Assembly: GCA_963750165.1 (NCBI GenBank)
Contig: CAVVPN010000011.1
Span: forward strand, 224,001 to 288,000
From: an uncultured Gemmataceae bacterium
Lineage (GTDB): Bacteria > Planctomycetota > Planctomycetia > Gemmatales > Gemmataceae
Direction: 5' to 3'
DNA length: 64,000 nucleotides
A program made the position numbers and the translations under genes. The notes below the pieces were generated by a model. It saw nothing but the letters and a program-made list of their open reading frames with translations, was not told the DNA's origin and did no database searches. Below are positions 5,907 through 17,795 of the stretch, in pieces; position 1 is the first letter of the stretch, and each line of letters opens with the position of its first letter.

Positions 5907-8423
5907 ATGAATGTTTCGTTGCGCTGGTTGCGTGATTATGTCGAGATGACCCTGCCGCCCGCCCAGCTGGCCGAGCGCCTGACACTGGCTGGTCTGGAGG
6001 TCGCCGGCGTGCGCCTGTTTGGCGTGCCCGCGCCGGAGGGGCTGCGCGTCAAGCAGGCGGAGCAGGGTCCCATCTGGGCGCGCGACAAGGTGCTCGTCGG
6101 CGAACTCGTCAGCGTGGACCGCCACCCCGACGCCGACCGCCTGACGGTGCCGACCGTAGCTTACGGCGGCGGCCAGACGATCACGCTGGTTACCGGGGCG
6201 CCGAATATCAAGGTCGGTGACCGCGGCCAGAAAGTGGTGCTCGCCCTGGTCGGGGCGGTGCTGTACGACGGCCACGCCAAGGAAAAAGTGCTCAAGGAAC
6301 TGAAGCCCGGCAAGATTCGCGGCGTGCCCAGCAACGGCATGGTCTGCTCGCTGCTCGAACTGGGCGTCAACGAGGAGCACGGGGGCATCGTCATCCTCGA
6401 CGCCGACGCGCCGGTCGGCACGTCCCTGGCCGACTACCTGGGTGACATCGTGCTGGAGTTGGAGGTGACGCCGAACCTGGCCCGTGCGCTGTCGATGATC
6501 GGCGTCGCCCGTGAGGTCGCGGCGCTGACCGGCAAGACAATCACACTGCCGCCACACAAGATACAGGCCGCCGGCGAGCCAATCGTTGGGCAGGTCAATG
6601 TCACGATTGAGGATCCGAAGCTGTCGGCGCGCTACGCCGCGGCGCTCATCAAGAACGTGAGTATCGGCCCCGCGCCGGGCTGGCTGCAGCGCCGCCTCGA
6701 ATACGTCGGCATGCGGCCCATCAACAACATTGTGGACATCACCAACTATGTGATGCTCGAATGGGGCCAGCCGCTGCACGCCTTCGACTACGACAGGTTG
6801 CGTGAGCGCGCCGGCGGCAAGGCGCCGACCGTCATCGTCCGCCCGGCCCGCGCTGGCGAGGTGCTGGTCACGCTGGACGGGGCCAAACGCGAGTTGACGC
6901 CAGACAACCTGGTCATCGCCGACACCGCCGGGCCGATCGCGCTGGCGGGCGTCATGGGCGGCCAGGAAACCGAGGTCAGCGCCTCGACGAAAAACATCCT
7001 GCTGGAGTCCGCGAACTTCGACTTCCTGAGTATCCGCCGCACCATGAAGGCGGTCAACCTCATCAGCGAGGCGAGCGTGCGTTTCAGCAAGGGCATCCAC
7101 CCCGAACTGGTGCTGCCGACCCTCGAACGCGCCGCGGAGTTGATGCGGCAGCACGCCGGCGGCACACTCTGCCAGGGCGTCGTGGACAACTACCCGGCCC
7201 CGCTGCCGCCGCTGGAGGTCACGCTGCCGCTGGCGGAGGTCGAGCGGCTGCTCGGCACGACCTTCACCGCCGACGAGGCGATGGACACCCTGAAGGCGCT
7301 GCAGTACGACGTGGAGCTGATCGGGCCGGACGTGCTGCGCGCCGTGGTGCCGCCGCACCGACTCGACGTGCAGGCGGGGGCCGCGGACCTGATCGAGGAC
7401 CTGGCCCGCATCCACGGCTACGACCGGCTGCCGGCGACGCTGCTGGCGGATCGGCTGCCGCGACAGCAGACCAATGTGCCGCTGGTCTTCGAGGAGCGCG
7501 TCCGCGACCTGCTGGTGAGCATGGGGCTGCAGGAGGTCATCACCTACGGCCTGACGACGCCGGAGCGCGAGGCGCCGCTGGGCATGGCGGCCGGCGACTA
7601 CGTGACGCTGCTGAACCCGATCAACCCGGAGCGCGCCGCCATGCGCAAGACGGTGCTGGCGGGCGTGCTGGACGTGACCGCGGAGAACCTGAAGCACGAG
7701 GCGGACGTGCGGCTGTTCGAGCTGGGGCCGGTGTACCTGCCGCGCCAGGGCGAACGGCTGCCGGAGGAGCCGCGGCGGCTGGCGCTGGTGCTGACGGGCA
7801 CGCGCCTGGCCGAGTTCTGGACGGACTCCGCCGAGGGCGCCGCGGGCAAACAACCACTGGACTTCTTCGACCTCAAGGGCCTGATCGAGGCGCTGGCGGC
7901 GGACCTGCACTTGCCGGAGGTGCAATATCGACTATCGACGGCAGCGTACCTGCACCCGGCGGCCGCGGCGGAGGTGACGGCGGCGGGCAAGTCGCTGGGC
8001 CACTTCGGCGTGCTGCACCCGAAGGCGGCGCAGGCGTTCGGGCTGGCGAACCGCACGGTGCTGGCGGGCGAGCTGGACGTGGAGGCGCTGCAGGCGGCGC
8101 TGCCGCCGCGGTATGCGTTCCGGCCGGTGCCGCGCTTCCCGGCGGCGCTGCGCGACATTGCGGTGGTGGTGCCGGAGGCGGTGACGGCGGAGCGGCTGGA
8201 GGCGGAGATTCGCGCCGGTGGCGGCGACCTGCTGCGGCAGGTGTGGCTGTTCGACGTGTACCGCGGCGAGAGCATCGCGCCAGGTACCAAGAGCCTGGCG
8301 TACGCGCTGACGTATCAGGCCGACGACCGCACGCTGACCGACAAGGAGATCGACAAGGCGCACCAGAAAGTACAGGCCCGACTGCAGCACGTCCTCCAGG
8401 CGACGGTGCGCGGCAAGGAGTGA
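5907..8423 (+). CDS. pheT: Phenylalanyl-tRNA synthetase beta subunit
   Basis: HPDADRL, GAPN, INNIVDITNYVMLEWGQPLHAFD, DLIEDLARIHGY, C-terminal FDX-ACB. Confidence 0.98.
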   Translation: MNVSLRWLRDYVEMTLPPAQLAERLTLAGLEVAGVRLFGVPAPEGLRVKQAEQGPIWARDKVLVGELVSVDRHPDADRLTVPTVAYGGGQTITLVTGAPNIKVGDRGQKVVLALVGAVLYDGHAKEKVLKELKPGKIRGVPSNGMVCSLLELGVNEEHGGIVILDADAPVGTSLADYLGDIVLELEVTPNLARALSMIGVAREVAALTGKTITLPPHKIQAAGEPIVGQVNVTIEDPKLSARYAAALIKNVSIGPAPGWLQRRLEYVGMRPINNIVDITNYVMLEWGQPLHAFDYDRLRERAGGKAPTVIVRPARAGEVLVTLDGAKRELTPDNLVIADTAGPIALAGVMGGQETEVSASTKNILLESANFDFLSIRRTMKAVNLISEASVRFSKGIHPELVLPTLERAAELMRQHAGGTLCQGVVDNYPAPLPPLEVTLPLAEVERLLGTTFTADEAMDTLKALQYDVELIGPDVLRAVVPPHRLDVQAGAADLIEDLARIHGYDRLPATLLADRLPRQQTNVPLVFEERVRDLLVSMGLQEVITYGLTTPEREAPLGMAAGDYVTLLNPINPERAAMRKTVLAGVLDVTAENLKHEADVRLFELGPVYLPRQGERLPEEPRRLALVLTGTRLAEFWTDSAEGAAGKQPLDFFDLKGLIEALAADLHLPEVQYRLSTAAYLHPAAAAEVTAAGKSLGHFGVLHPKAAQAFGLANRTVLAGELDVEALQAALPPRYAFRPVPRFPAALRDIAVVVPEAVTAERLEAEIRAGGGDLLRQVWLFDVYRGESIAPGTKSLAYALTYQADDRTLTDKEIDKAHQKVQARLQHVLQATVRGKE

Positions 8424-8543
8424 GCGGCCGCCGCATGCACCCCTTGCCTGTGCCAAATCGCGTTGCTGGTTGGCGTTACCAGCCCGGAGCGCCAGATCGA
8501 GTTCCCCGTCGCTGGCGCTTCGGGCTGGTTTTGCAACGGCTTC

Positions 8544-9756
8544 TTACCACGGGTAGTAGTATCTCCAGTGATACGGGGGGTGATAGTAGACCGGCGGCGG
8601 CGCCTGGATAATGGTCTGCTGCTGCCGCTGCGCCGCGGCGAGCGCCGCATCCGTCGAAGCTTTATTCGCCGCAATGTCTGCCAGGAGCTTTTGGTATTTT
8701 TTATCCTCCTCGCGTTTATCGTCTTCAAACTTGCGCTTCTCCGCCAGGAACTTGTCTTCCAGTTCCCGCCGCACCTTCTCGTCGGTGATCCCGCGCAGGG
8801 CCGCCAGGTGGTTTTCGCGCAGTGCGCTCTTCCTGGGTCGCGAGCCTGGCCATCATGTCGCGAATCTGGGTTTTGTATTCCAACTCCTGTCGCGCCATGC
8901 GCTCCGCCTCGGCCTTCTTGCGCTCGACCTCCGCGTTCGCCAGATCGATTTCTTTTTTCTGGGCCGCGAGGTCTTCCGTTTTGCCGCCGCGAAGGATGGC
9001 GGGGACCAGGAGCAGCAGCAACAGCAGGACGACGGCCCCGATCGCGAGCATGCGCGGGGACACGGTGTACGAGCCAATGGTGATCCCGTGGGCCGGTGCC
9101 GCGGCCGGCGCACCGGGGGCGGCGCCGGCCGCCGTGGGCGTCGTGTATCCGCCCGGAATGCCGGCGGCCGGAACCCGGTTCTCGTTGCTCGCCAGGAGGG
9201 TGCGGTTCAGGTTGGGTTGCTGGGTCGCCGGCGCCGCCGCCGGCACCTGCAACCGCTGGCCGCAGGCGGGACAGGGTTTCTTGGTGCCGGCCTCGTTCGC
9301 CGGGGACTCCAGGGGTTTTTTGCAGTTGGGGCAGTTGTACTTGATCGGCGGCGGTGGCGGCGGCGCCGGCGCCCGTTCATCGGAGGCCATCATCGTCTTG
9401 TTCAGATTCGGCGCCGGCGCCGCTGCCGTGGTCGGCGGCGGCGCGGCGGGCACCTGCAACCGCTGGCCGCAGGCGGGACAGGGTTTCTTGGTGCCGGCCT
9501 CAATGGACGGGGCCTCCAGAGACGCCTGGCAACGCGGGCAATTGTAGTTGATCACCGGTCCCGTGTCGCCGAGCATGGTTTTCTGGAAGCCTGGGTCGGG
9601 CTGGGCCGCTGGTTTGCCGAGGACGTTGGGCTTCGGAGCGGTCCTGCCCGCGAAGAATGGCGATTGGCAATGAGAGCAGACAAGGCGTTTGCCCATGTCC
9701 CCCTCGGGGATTGACATCACGGATTGGCAGGCGGGGCAAGAAACCTGTGCAAACAT
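8544..9756 (-). CDS. Triple zinc-ribbon membrane protein with coiled coil (frameshift near 8810)
   Basis: Three CxxC-x16-CxxC-type ribbons, Pro/Ala linkers, one TM helix, coiled coil continuing in ORF 8544..8774 and ending PPPVYYHPPYHWRYYYPW. Confidence 0.75.
9242..9501. repeat. Identical 53-bp intragenic direct repeat
   Basis: 9242-9294 equals 9449-9501, encoding EAGTKKPCPACGQRLQVP. Confidence 0.85.
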
Positions 9757-9839
9757 GTTAGGTTACTCCAGGGAGTGTATGCCTTCGGGGATTCCTCAGG
9801 CGACAGGAGCGAAACCAGGCAGTCAATTGCCAGTTGCCG

Positions 9840-10781
9840 TTATGGGGCCTCCACCCATTTGCCGTTTCGGTAGTAACAATTGCGCGGATTGAAATCGGTG
9901 GTGAGCGTCTCCAAACTCAAGGGCAACACAGGACTCACCTGTCGCGCCTGGAGAATGGCGGACCAGTTGGTTTCGCGGACTTTTTTCTTGTCGCCAACCT
10001 TGTCGCTGGCCTGTTGTTCGATCACCCATAACTCGGCCTGAATGACAATGCGCATGGCGTCGTCGGGGAAGGTTTGATGGTCGCCTTTGCCGGCATCGAC
10101 GCACCGCTGCAGGAAGGCTTTTTGGTCCATCATGCCGGGCACCAGGTCGAACATTTTTTCCATGCCCTGGCGCGTGGCATAGTCCTTGGCGAGCCTGGTG
10201 TCCCCCGTCCGATAGTACTTGAGCGCCTTGAGAAAGTCCGGCGCCAGGGCGGCCTGTTCCTTTGACAGCCGCGCCGGCTTCACGGCGTCCCCCTTCAAAG
10301 CATTGACATCGCCCTTCGGATCGAGCAGGACGGCCAGGGCCAGGCATTTGCGGGCTTCCTGCGGGGTGCGCGCCAGGGCGCTCATGCCGCGCAACGCGAC
10401 GGGCCCGAATTGCTGCGGTTTGAGGTGGGCGGCAATGAAGAACAAGCGCCGGGCCGTGTGCCGGGCCTCGGGGTCGTCTTTCTCGATCGCCAGCACTGCG
10501 GCGTAATCACAATACGCCCTGGCGTCGGCTGGCGTGAGTTGCCCAAGGCGCTCCCGGTCGAGTTGATGAATGATCTTGATGTTATCTTTGCTTCGGTTGT
10601 AGGCGGTGCGTTTGGCATCGGTGCCCGGACCATTGGCAATCACCAACGTCTTGCCGTCATCGCTGACGAAGAAGCCGCTGACCCGGACGCCGGGCTTTAA
10701 TTCAATGATGATCGCCCCGGCCGTGGACGGCACGGCCAGGAACCCCACGGTCAACCCAAGGATGAAGGACCGCCACCGCAT
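9840..10781 (-). CDS. Secreted hypothetical protein
   Basis: Signal peptide MRWRSFILGLTVGFLAVPSTAGA, then a short beta region and helical body; co-oriented with neighbours. Confidence 0.75.
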   Translation of the reverse strand: MRWRSFILGLTVGFLAVPSTAGAIIIELKPGVRVSGFFVSDDGKTLVIANGPGTDAKRTAYNRSKDNIKIIHQLDRERLGQLTPADARAYCDYAAVLAIEKDDPEARHTARRLFFIAAHLKPQQFGPVALRGMSALARTPQEARKCLALAVLLDPKGDVNALKGDAVKPARLSKEQAALAPDFLKALKYYRTGDTRLAKDYATRQGMEKMFDLVPGMMDQKAFLQRCVDAGKGDHQTFPDDAMRIVIQAELWVIEQQASDKVGDKKKVRETNWSAILQARQVSPVLPLSLETLTTDFNPRNCYYRNGKWVEAP

Positions 10782-10784
10782 CGT

Positions 10785-13700
10785 TCACCTCTTGAGCTTG
10801 TTGGTCAGCGCCCAGATTCTCAGGATGGCCTCTTCGCCCGCGCCAGTTGATCGACCACACCCGAAGACTGAAGATCACGGCGTTCCAGTTCTTCTCGAAC
10901 CGCCGCCATGTCTTTGGCTTGATCCGCGGCCTGCGTCTGAACAGCCAGGGACAGCACCTGGATCCAGATCCGCTGCAGGAGCACCATGTGCTCCAGATCG
11001 TTGTCGGCGAGGAACCTGGCGACCTGCAACTGACGGCCGACCTGGGTCAGGTACGCCCTCTCCCTGGCGGTCAGATTTTGTTTGGCCGCCCTGGCCGCGA
11101 CGTGCTCGATGACCTTCTCCAGCACCCTGGTGGGTCGCGTTTGGTTCAAAAAGTCGGCGTCGTCAATGCCGAACGCCAGGCCCTGTTCGCGGTACAGGTC
11201 GCGCAGGATGTCCGCCGCCTCCGCGCCGGCGGCCAGCCTGGTGCCCGTCAGTTCGAGCGCCCGTTGCAGCAACAGCTTTCGGCACGCCAACCGCCAATCA
11301 TCGTCCCCATAGAATTGCAGCTTTTTCTGGAGCACGCCGCCGGTGACCGCCTCCAGGGTCTCTTTCTTGGTCATGTAGTTTTCGTTATTTTCGTTGCCGG
11401 CGTAGTCGGCCAGGGCCAGCAGCACCGGGCGGCACTTGCCGATGGCTTCCAGCTTGGGGGTTACGGCGTCGAGTTCAGTAGTCTGCCGAATCGTCAACAA
11501 ATAGCGGGCGATTTTCTGTGCGTAGCGCGGCGCCAGATCGCTGGGGGCGCTGTCGGCGAGTCGGTTGAATGCGTCGATTCGCGCCTGGCTTTTCTTGGTG
11601 GGGGCGAGGTTGTCGAGGTCGCGCGGATCGAATTGTACGGTGTTGCTGTCCTTCGCTTTCGGCTCCTCCTGAACGGGTCCCTGAGGGGGCATTTGAATGG
11701 GCATCCCGGGCGGAGCGAAGACTTTGCCGAAGCCGGGCCTGCCGAGGCCGGAGATTTCTTGAATGCGCAGTTGAAAGGGGCCGATCCCCACAACGTTAAA
11801 GGTGGTCGCAATGATCCGATACACACCGTCCGCCGGCACCCGATACACGATGCGCGCGTTGAGGCCGCCGCCACTGTCGTCATCCTGGGCCACGACCTTG
11901 TTGTTGGGATCCAGTAACCGAAGATAATTGTCAAAGCGGCTCAGCATGAAGATGCTGTAGACCTGACCTGCCTTCATGCTGATTGGATACGCTTGATAAA
12001 AGCGGCCGCCGCCCATCGCGTCCCGAGGGCTCCTCGGCGTCAGCGCGCCGATAAAAATCCGGAGCTGTCCGCCCACGACCAGGGTGTTCGCGGCGGGTAT
12101 CACCGGGGCCTTGGCTTTTTTATCGGGCGGCTGCTTCGCTTCGACTACCTTGGGCGGTTCGGGTTGCGTCACCTCCGGAACCTTGACGGTGATCAGATCG
12201 TCAAACCGTTCCAGGCGGGTGTCCTTGTGGAACAGGGTGCAGGCCATCGTGGAGGCGTGGGCCAGGCGCACGGTGTCCTGCAAGAGCGCGGCCTCACTGC
12301 TCGGGCCCGCCTTGACGGACGACAGGGCACTGCCGGTCAGGGTTTGCAGTTGCACAAGCCGCTCCCTGAACGTGATCCTGGCCCGGGTGGTGGCGCGCAA
12401 CAGGCTCTTCTGGAACGCCTCCGCTCGGGCGGCCTGCGTCAACTTGGTGTCGGCCGGTAGTTTCCATTTGGCGGCCAACACCCCTTCCAGCTGCGGTGCC
12501 ACGGCGGGGGTCGCTTGTTTATAGAGTTCGACGATCCGCAAACCGGTGGCCAGGTCGTTGCTTTCCAGGCACGCTTTCAAGATGAGCTCGAACTTCGGCC
12601 ACAGGTCGCCTCTCCTGGCCAGGCCCGCCTCGACCAGGGCGACATCGACCGGGCCGCGAACGGCCGGGGGAAGGTCGGCCGCAAACCGGCGGAGCAGGTC
12701 GTCGCGCAGCGCCAGGGCGCGGTCGATATCCTTCGCCGCGGTTGGCAGTGTGTTCTTGTAGCACCGTTCCGCGAACCACTTCTGCGCCTCCGCCTTGAGC
12801 TGCGCCGGCGGCACCGTGGCGTCGAGGCCGGGAAAGACTTCTGCGAGATCGCCCACCAGGTTTTTGACACGCTTCTCGTGTTTCGCGAGGTTTTTTTGGC
12901 TCAGGGCAGCGAGAAAGACTTGCAGCGCCCAGTAGCCGCGCTCCACGTCTTCTTTCCCCTCCGGCCCGAACGCGGCGTTGCGCGACGGGAACTGGCTCCG
13001 CAACCCCTGCCGCAGCGCCATCAAGCTGTAGTCGCTCGGATCGAAGGCGAAACATTCCGCGAGCAAGTCGCGCAGCGCGTCCTGCATTTTTGGCTGCAGT
13101 TTCGGCACCAGCTTCGGCACCTGCGCCGCAAACTTCTCGTAGGCACTGCTGCGCTTCGCCTCGTCCGTGACGCCAAGGCCGTCGATGACCGCTGCCTCTC
13201 CCGGCACACTGTTGTGGATATCGTTCACCACCGCGGCCAGCCGGGTGCCCGGGACGCTGGCCCACCATGCCTCGTTTTTCGCCGGCTGCTGCGGCGGCTG
13301 CGGCGGCGGCGCTGGCGGCCTGGGGTCCACGACCGGCGGCGGTTCCTCAGCGCCCTTCCCGCCAGCACCCAGCAAGAACGCGACAATGCCGAGCACGAGC
13401 ACGAGCACGAGACCCGCCGCCCCGATCAGCCAACCGAGCGGCAGCGTTCTTGGCGGCGCTGGCGGCGCGGCAGCCGCGGCCGGCCCGGCCACGACCGCCA
13501 GGGTCAAGGGCACGACAAACTGCTGTTTACCGTTCCCCTGAATCGTTACCTCGGCCTGGAGTGTTTCCCCTGGCCGGGGCGGAACCTCAATGAACAACGG
13601 GATCGTGGCCTTGTTGCCCTGCGACTTGCCCGGGCCCGCCTTGATCCACTCCTGGTTGCACCACGCCTGGGCGTAAACCACCCGGGCCTCCCTGGTGCTG

Positions 13701-14698
13701 ATTGTCACGCGCTTGGTGAGGCGCTGCCCGACCTGGCCCTTGCACAGCAGGCGCTCGGTGCTGACCTCCAACTGGGGCGGTTTGGTCAACCCCAGCGCCT
13801 CGAAAAATTGCTGCACGGCGCTCATGCCCGAGGCCTGTGTCCCCTCCACCGGGTAGGTCCAGCCGTTGCTCGCGTACCAGGCTTTCACGGCGCCCTGCTC
13901 GAACAGGACCGCCGCCTCCTGCGGGTTGGCTTTCGCCTTGAGAGCCAGCTCGCGCGGCGACCGGGCGCCGGCCAGCACGTCGTTGGTATCCTTGCCGCTC
14001 GGAAATGGCCGCACCGGGACAGCAGCGCGCACCTGCAAGATGAACTGACCGCCGTTGGTATCGATGATGATTTCGCCGCGCAGCGGCTTCAGCCCAGCGC
14101 GGATTTTGTTGCCGGGCACGCGCACCGACAACGTATAAATGCCCCGGGTCTGAAACATCTTCAGCGACGCCCCGTCGCCGAGCACGAGCCAATCGCAGTC
14201 CGTCATCACCATGCCGCGCAGCACCAACATGCCGCGGTTCGTAATCAACAGCTCAAAGCGGTGGTCGGTCCCCGGCGTCAGCGTGCCCAGGTTTTCCTCG
14301 GCGGACGGCAGGGCCAACTGCGGTGGGCGCAGCACGTTGGGGTCGGCCGGGATTTTCTCCAGCAACTGGCTCAGCCCGACATCGAGGTTGGCTTCCTTGC
14401 CGGCTTGCCGGGCGACGGTCGCCAGGTCGATGCGCCCGATCGCACTGAAAAACGCGGACCAGGTGCCCTCGGCCAGCAGGCTCCGGGCTTCGTCCCAGCG
14501 GGCATCGCACGCCAGGGCCAGTTGATTGAAATTGTCGCAGGCTTGACCGTCGGAAAAGCAGAACGGCATGGGAAAGGGAAATGTGCCGGCTTGCCGCGGC
14601 CCCGCCTCGCCTTCCTGCGTCAGATTCCGACCGTCGAAGTAGCAATAAGTCGCGTTCGCCGGATTGGCTCTCGAACAAGCAGGGCAGAGGGTAGTCAT
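10785..14698 (-). CDS. Large membrane protein with N-terminal Zn knuckle, Ig-like repeats and PPC-like domain (frameshift near 10845)
   Basis: CPACSRANPANATYCYFDG; two helical plus BACON-like units; central TM; DNYLRLLDP...DDDSGGGLNARI PPC motif; alternative frame ends GEEAILRIWALTNKLKR* at 10785. Confidence 0.75.
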
Positions 14699-15077
14699 GG
14701 GCACCTCGAAATCCGATCCTTCACCCGACGCACGCTCGTTGCGCTCGCCGTGGGTGTCGGGCGAGACACGGCAAACAATGAACGGTCCACCGGCCCTGCT
14801 CGTTTGCCCAGCAGTCCTTGCCCTTCACCCACTCACCCGACCCTAACTGTCATTTTCTGTGAAATCGCTGGCAATGCAAGGGAAAAACCGCGCGCGGTGC
14901 GACCCCACGGTTTCGCAGGGACGCCTCCTCAAGCAAATCCAGGACCATCTAGTGATTTGCGGGAATGGATTTGATTCGTTCGGAAATTGCTTTCAACTTC
15001 TCCAGGCGTGGAGTACAACAGAAGGAAAGACAGGCCTACCTCCTGGTGTATATCCGAAGACGCCGGAAGAATGCAAG

Positions 15078-17577
15078 ATGATGACCATCAACCTCCGAAT
15101 CTCCATTGCTTTGTCCCTGACGCTGGTCGCTGTCCCCGGGGTGGTGTCGGGGCAACCGCTGCCGCGCGACGAGGCGGCGGCGCTGGCGTTCTTCGAGAAG
15201 AAAGTCCGGCCGCTGCTGGTCAGCAACTGCTACAACTGTCACTCCGCCAGCACCAACGCCAAGGGCGGCCTGCGCGTCGATGACCGCAACGGCCTGCTCG
15301 AAGGCGGCAGCCGTGGACCGGCGGTGGTGCCCGGCCATCCGGAGAAGAGCTTGCTGCTGCAGGCGGTCGCGCACAAGCACAAGAACCTTAAAATGCCGCC
15401 GAAGAAACAGCTCACGGTCGAGGAGGTCGCCGACCTGACGCGCTGGATCAAGGACGGGGTGGCGTGGCCGAAGGTGCGGCTGCCGGCCGGGCTCGGCAAG
15501 ACCAGGGCGGCATACGATCGGCTGCGCAAGGAGCACTGGGCCTGGCAGCCGTTGCGGGAGACGCAGCCGCCTCCGGTGCAGGACGGCGCCCGGGCGCGGA
15601 CCGACAGCGACCGCTTCCTTCTGGCTGCGCTGGAACAGAAGGGGTTGCAGCCGGTCGCCGACGCGGCGCCGGGGACGCTGCTCCGCCGCCTGTACTTCGA
15701 CCTGACCGGATTACCGCCGACGCCCGAAGCAATCGCGGCGTTTGAGCAAGCCGCCATCGGCAATCGGCGAGCCGCAATCGAGACGGTGGTGGACCGCCTG
15801 CTGGCGGCGCCGCAGTTCGGCGAGCGCTGGGGCCGGCACTGGCTGGACGTGGCCCGCTACGGCGAATCGACCGGCTCGGCCCGGAACCTGCCCTACCCGC
15901 ACGCCTGGCGCTACCGCGATTACGTCATCGACGCCTTCAACCACGACAAACCCTACGACCAGTTCCTCCGTGAGCAGATCGCTGGCGACCTGTTGCCGGC
16001 CGCGTCGCCGCGGCAGCGCGACGAGCAGTTGATCGCCACGGGCTTTCTGGCGCTGGGCGTCAAGGACGTGAACCAGCGTTTCAAGGTCCGCTTCGTCATG
16101 GACAACGTGGACGAACAGATCGACACGGTGTCGCGAGCGGTGCTGGCCCTGACGGTGAGCTGCGCCCGCTGCCACGATCACAAGTTCGACCCGATCCCGA
16201 CACAGGATTATTACGCCCTGGCCGGCATCTTCCGCAGCAGCGACCACTGCTCCGGCCTGCGCAACAAGATGGGCGGCGGCGGCCTGGACTACTACGACCC
16301 GGCGTTGCTGCTGCACCTGAGTTCGATCAAGAAGGCCCCGGACCCGAAGTTGGCCGAGAAGATCGCGGCGGCGAAGGCCAAATTGGACAAGGCGAAGGCG
16401 GAGTTCCAGGCCATCTTCGGCACGCCCAAAGGCAAGGAACTCGCCGCCGACGGCCGGCCGAACCAGCAGATCGCCCGGCAGAAGATGAACCTGGCGCAGA
16501 AGGAACTGGTCGCGCTGACCGACCCGGCGCTGACCGGGGCGGTGGCCCTGGGCGTGCGCGACAGCCAGAGCGTTGGCGACACGGAAATCCGCATCCGCGG
16601 CGAGGCGGAGAAGCTCGGTCCGCTGGTGCCGCGCGGCTTTCTGTCGGCGCTCCCGGTGCCGGACGCCCCGCAGGTGAATCCGCAGCAGAGCGGCCGGCTG
16701 GAACTGGCTCAGTGGTTGACAAGTCCGAAGAACCCACTGACGCCGCGGGTAATGGTCAACCGGGTGTGGAAGCACCTGTTTGGCCAGGGGCTAGTGAGCA
16801 GCGTGGACAACTTCGGCGTGACCGGCACCGCGCCGTCGCACCCGGAGCTGCTCGATCACCTGGCGCGGCGGTTCGTCCAGGAGGGCTGGTCGGTCAAGAA
16901 GCTGGTGCGGACGTTGGTGCTGAGCCGGGCGTATCAGCTCGGTTCGGCGGCGCCGAAGGCCAACCTGGCGGTCGATCCGGCCAACCGGCTGCTATGGCGG
17001 CACAGCCCGCGGCGGCTGGACGCGGAGGAAATCCGCGACGCCATGCTGGCCGTCGCCGGCCGGCTGGACCGGGCGCGGCCGCAGGGTTCGGCCGCACAGG
17101 ATCTGAAGGTCATCGAACTGTCGAATCTCAGTCCGATTGCGAAGCGCATCACCGAGGAGGCGGTCAAGAGCACACACCGCAGCGTGTACCTGCCGCTGGT
17201 GCGCGGCCTGACGCCGCGGTCGCTGGAGGTCTTCGACTTCGCCGAGCAGGGCATGGTGACCGGCAGCCGTGACAGTACCACGGTCGCGACGCAGGCGTTA
17301 TACTTGCTCAACGACCCGTTTGTGCGGCAGCAGTCGCAGGCGCTGGCCGGCCGGCTGTTGCAGCGCTCGGACCTGGGCGACGCTGGCCGCGTGCAGCTGG
17401 CGTATCGGTTGACGCTGGGCCGGGCGGCGACGGCGCAGGAGGCGGAGCGGGTGCAGGGTTACCTGGCGGATTACGAGTCGGCGGCGCGCGGAGGGCGATG
17501 CCAATCCGCGGGCGGCGGCGTGGGCCAGTTTTTGTCAGGCGGTGCTGGCGTCGGCGGAGTTTCGCTATATCAGGTGA
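15078..17577 (+). CDS. Planctomycete cytochrome c domain protein with DUF1549/DUF1553 (frameshift near 17490)
   Basis: Signal peptide, FFEKKVRPLL..NCYNCH, HWAWQP, GERWGRHWLDVARY, CARCHDHKFDPI, HPELLDHLA; usual AWASFCQAVLASAEFRYIR* end is in another frame. Confidence 0.92.
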
Positions 17578-17583
17578 AGTAAG

Positions 17584-17784
17584 ATGAGCACACCGAAGTT
17601 TCCGCCCGGTTGGGACGAAGCCCGCGTCCAACGGTTGATCGCTCACTACGAGCAGCTGGACAATGACGCCCAGGTGGCAGAGGATGAAGCTGCCCAGGAG
17701 ACGGAAGGGCAAACGGTCATGGTTGTCCCGACCGATCTGGTGCCCCAAATTCGTGAGTTGATTGCACGCAGGACCAGCGCCTGA
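17584..17784 (+). CDS. Small acidic hypothetical protein, antitoxin-like
   Basis: 66 aa FPPGWDEARVQRLIAHYE...AEDEAA...VPTDLVPQIRELIA; fills the gap between two genes. Confidence 0.7.
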   Translation: MSTPKFPPGWDEARVQRLIAHYEQLDNDAQVAEDEAAQETEGQTVMVVPTDLVPQIRELIARRTSA

Positions 17785-17795
17785 AGGATGAGTTC

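Noticed and set aside
12515..14974. Long antisense ORFs (also 5874-7925, 28420-29922, 47535-49610, 56288-57964)
   Set aside because: Shadow frames of real GC-rich genes with no recognisable motifs.
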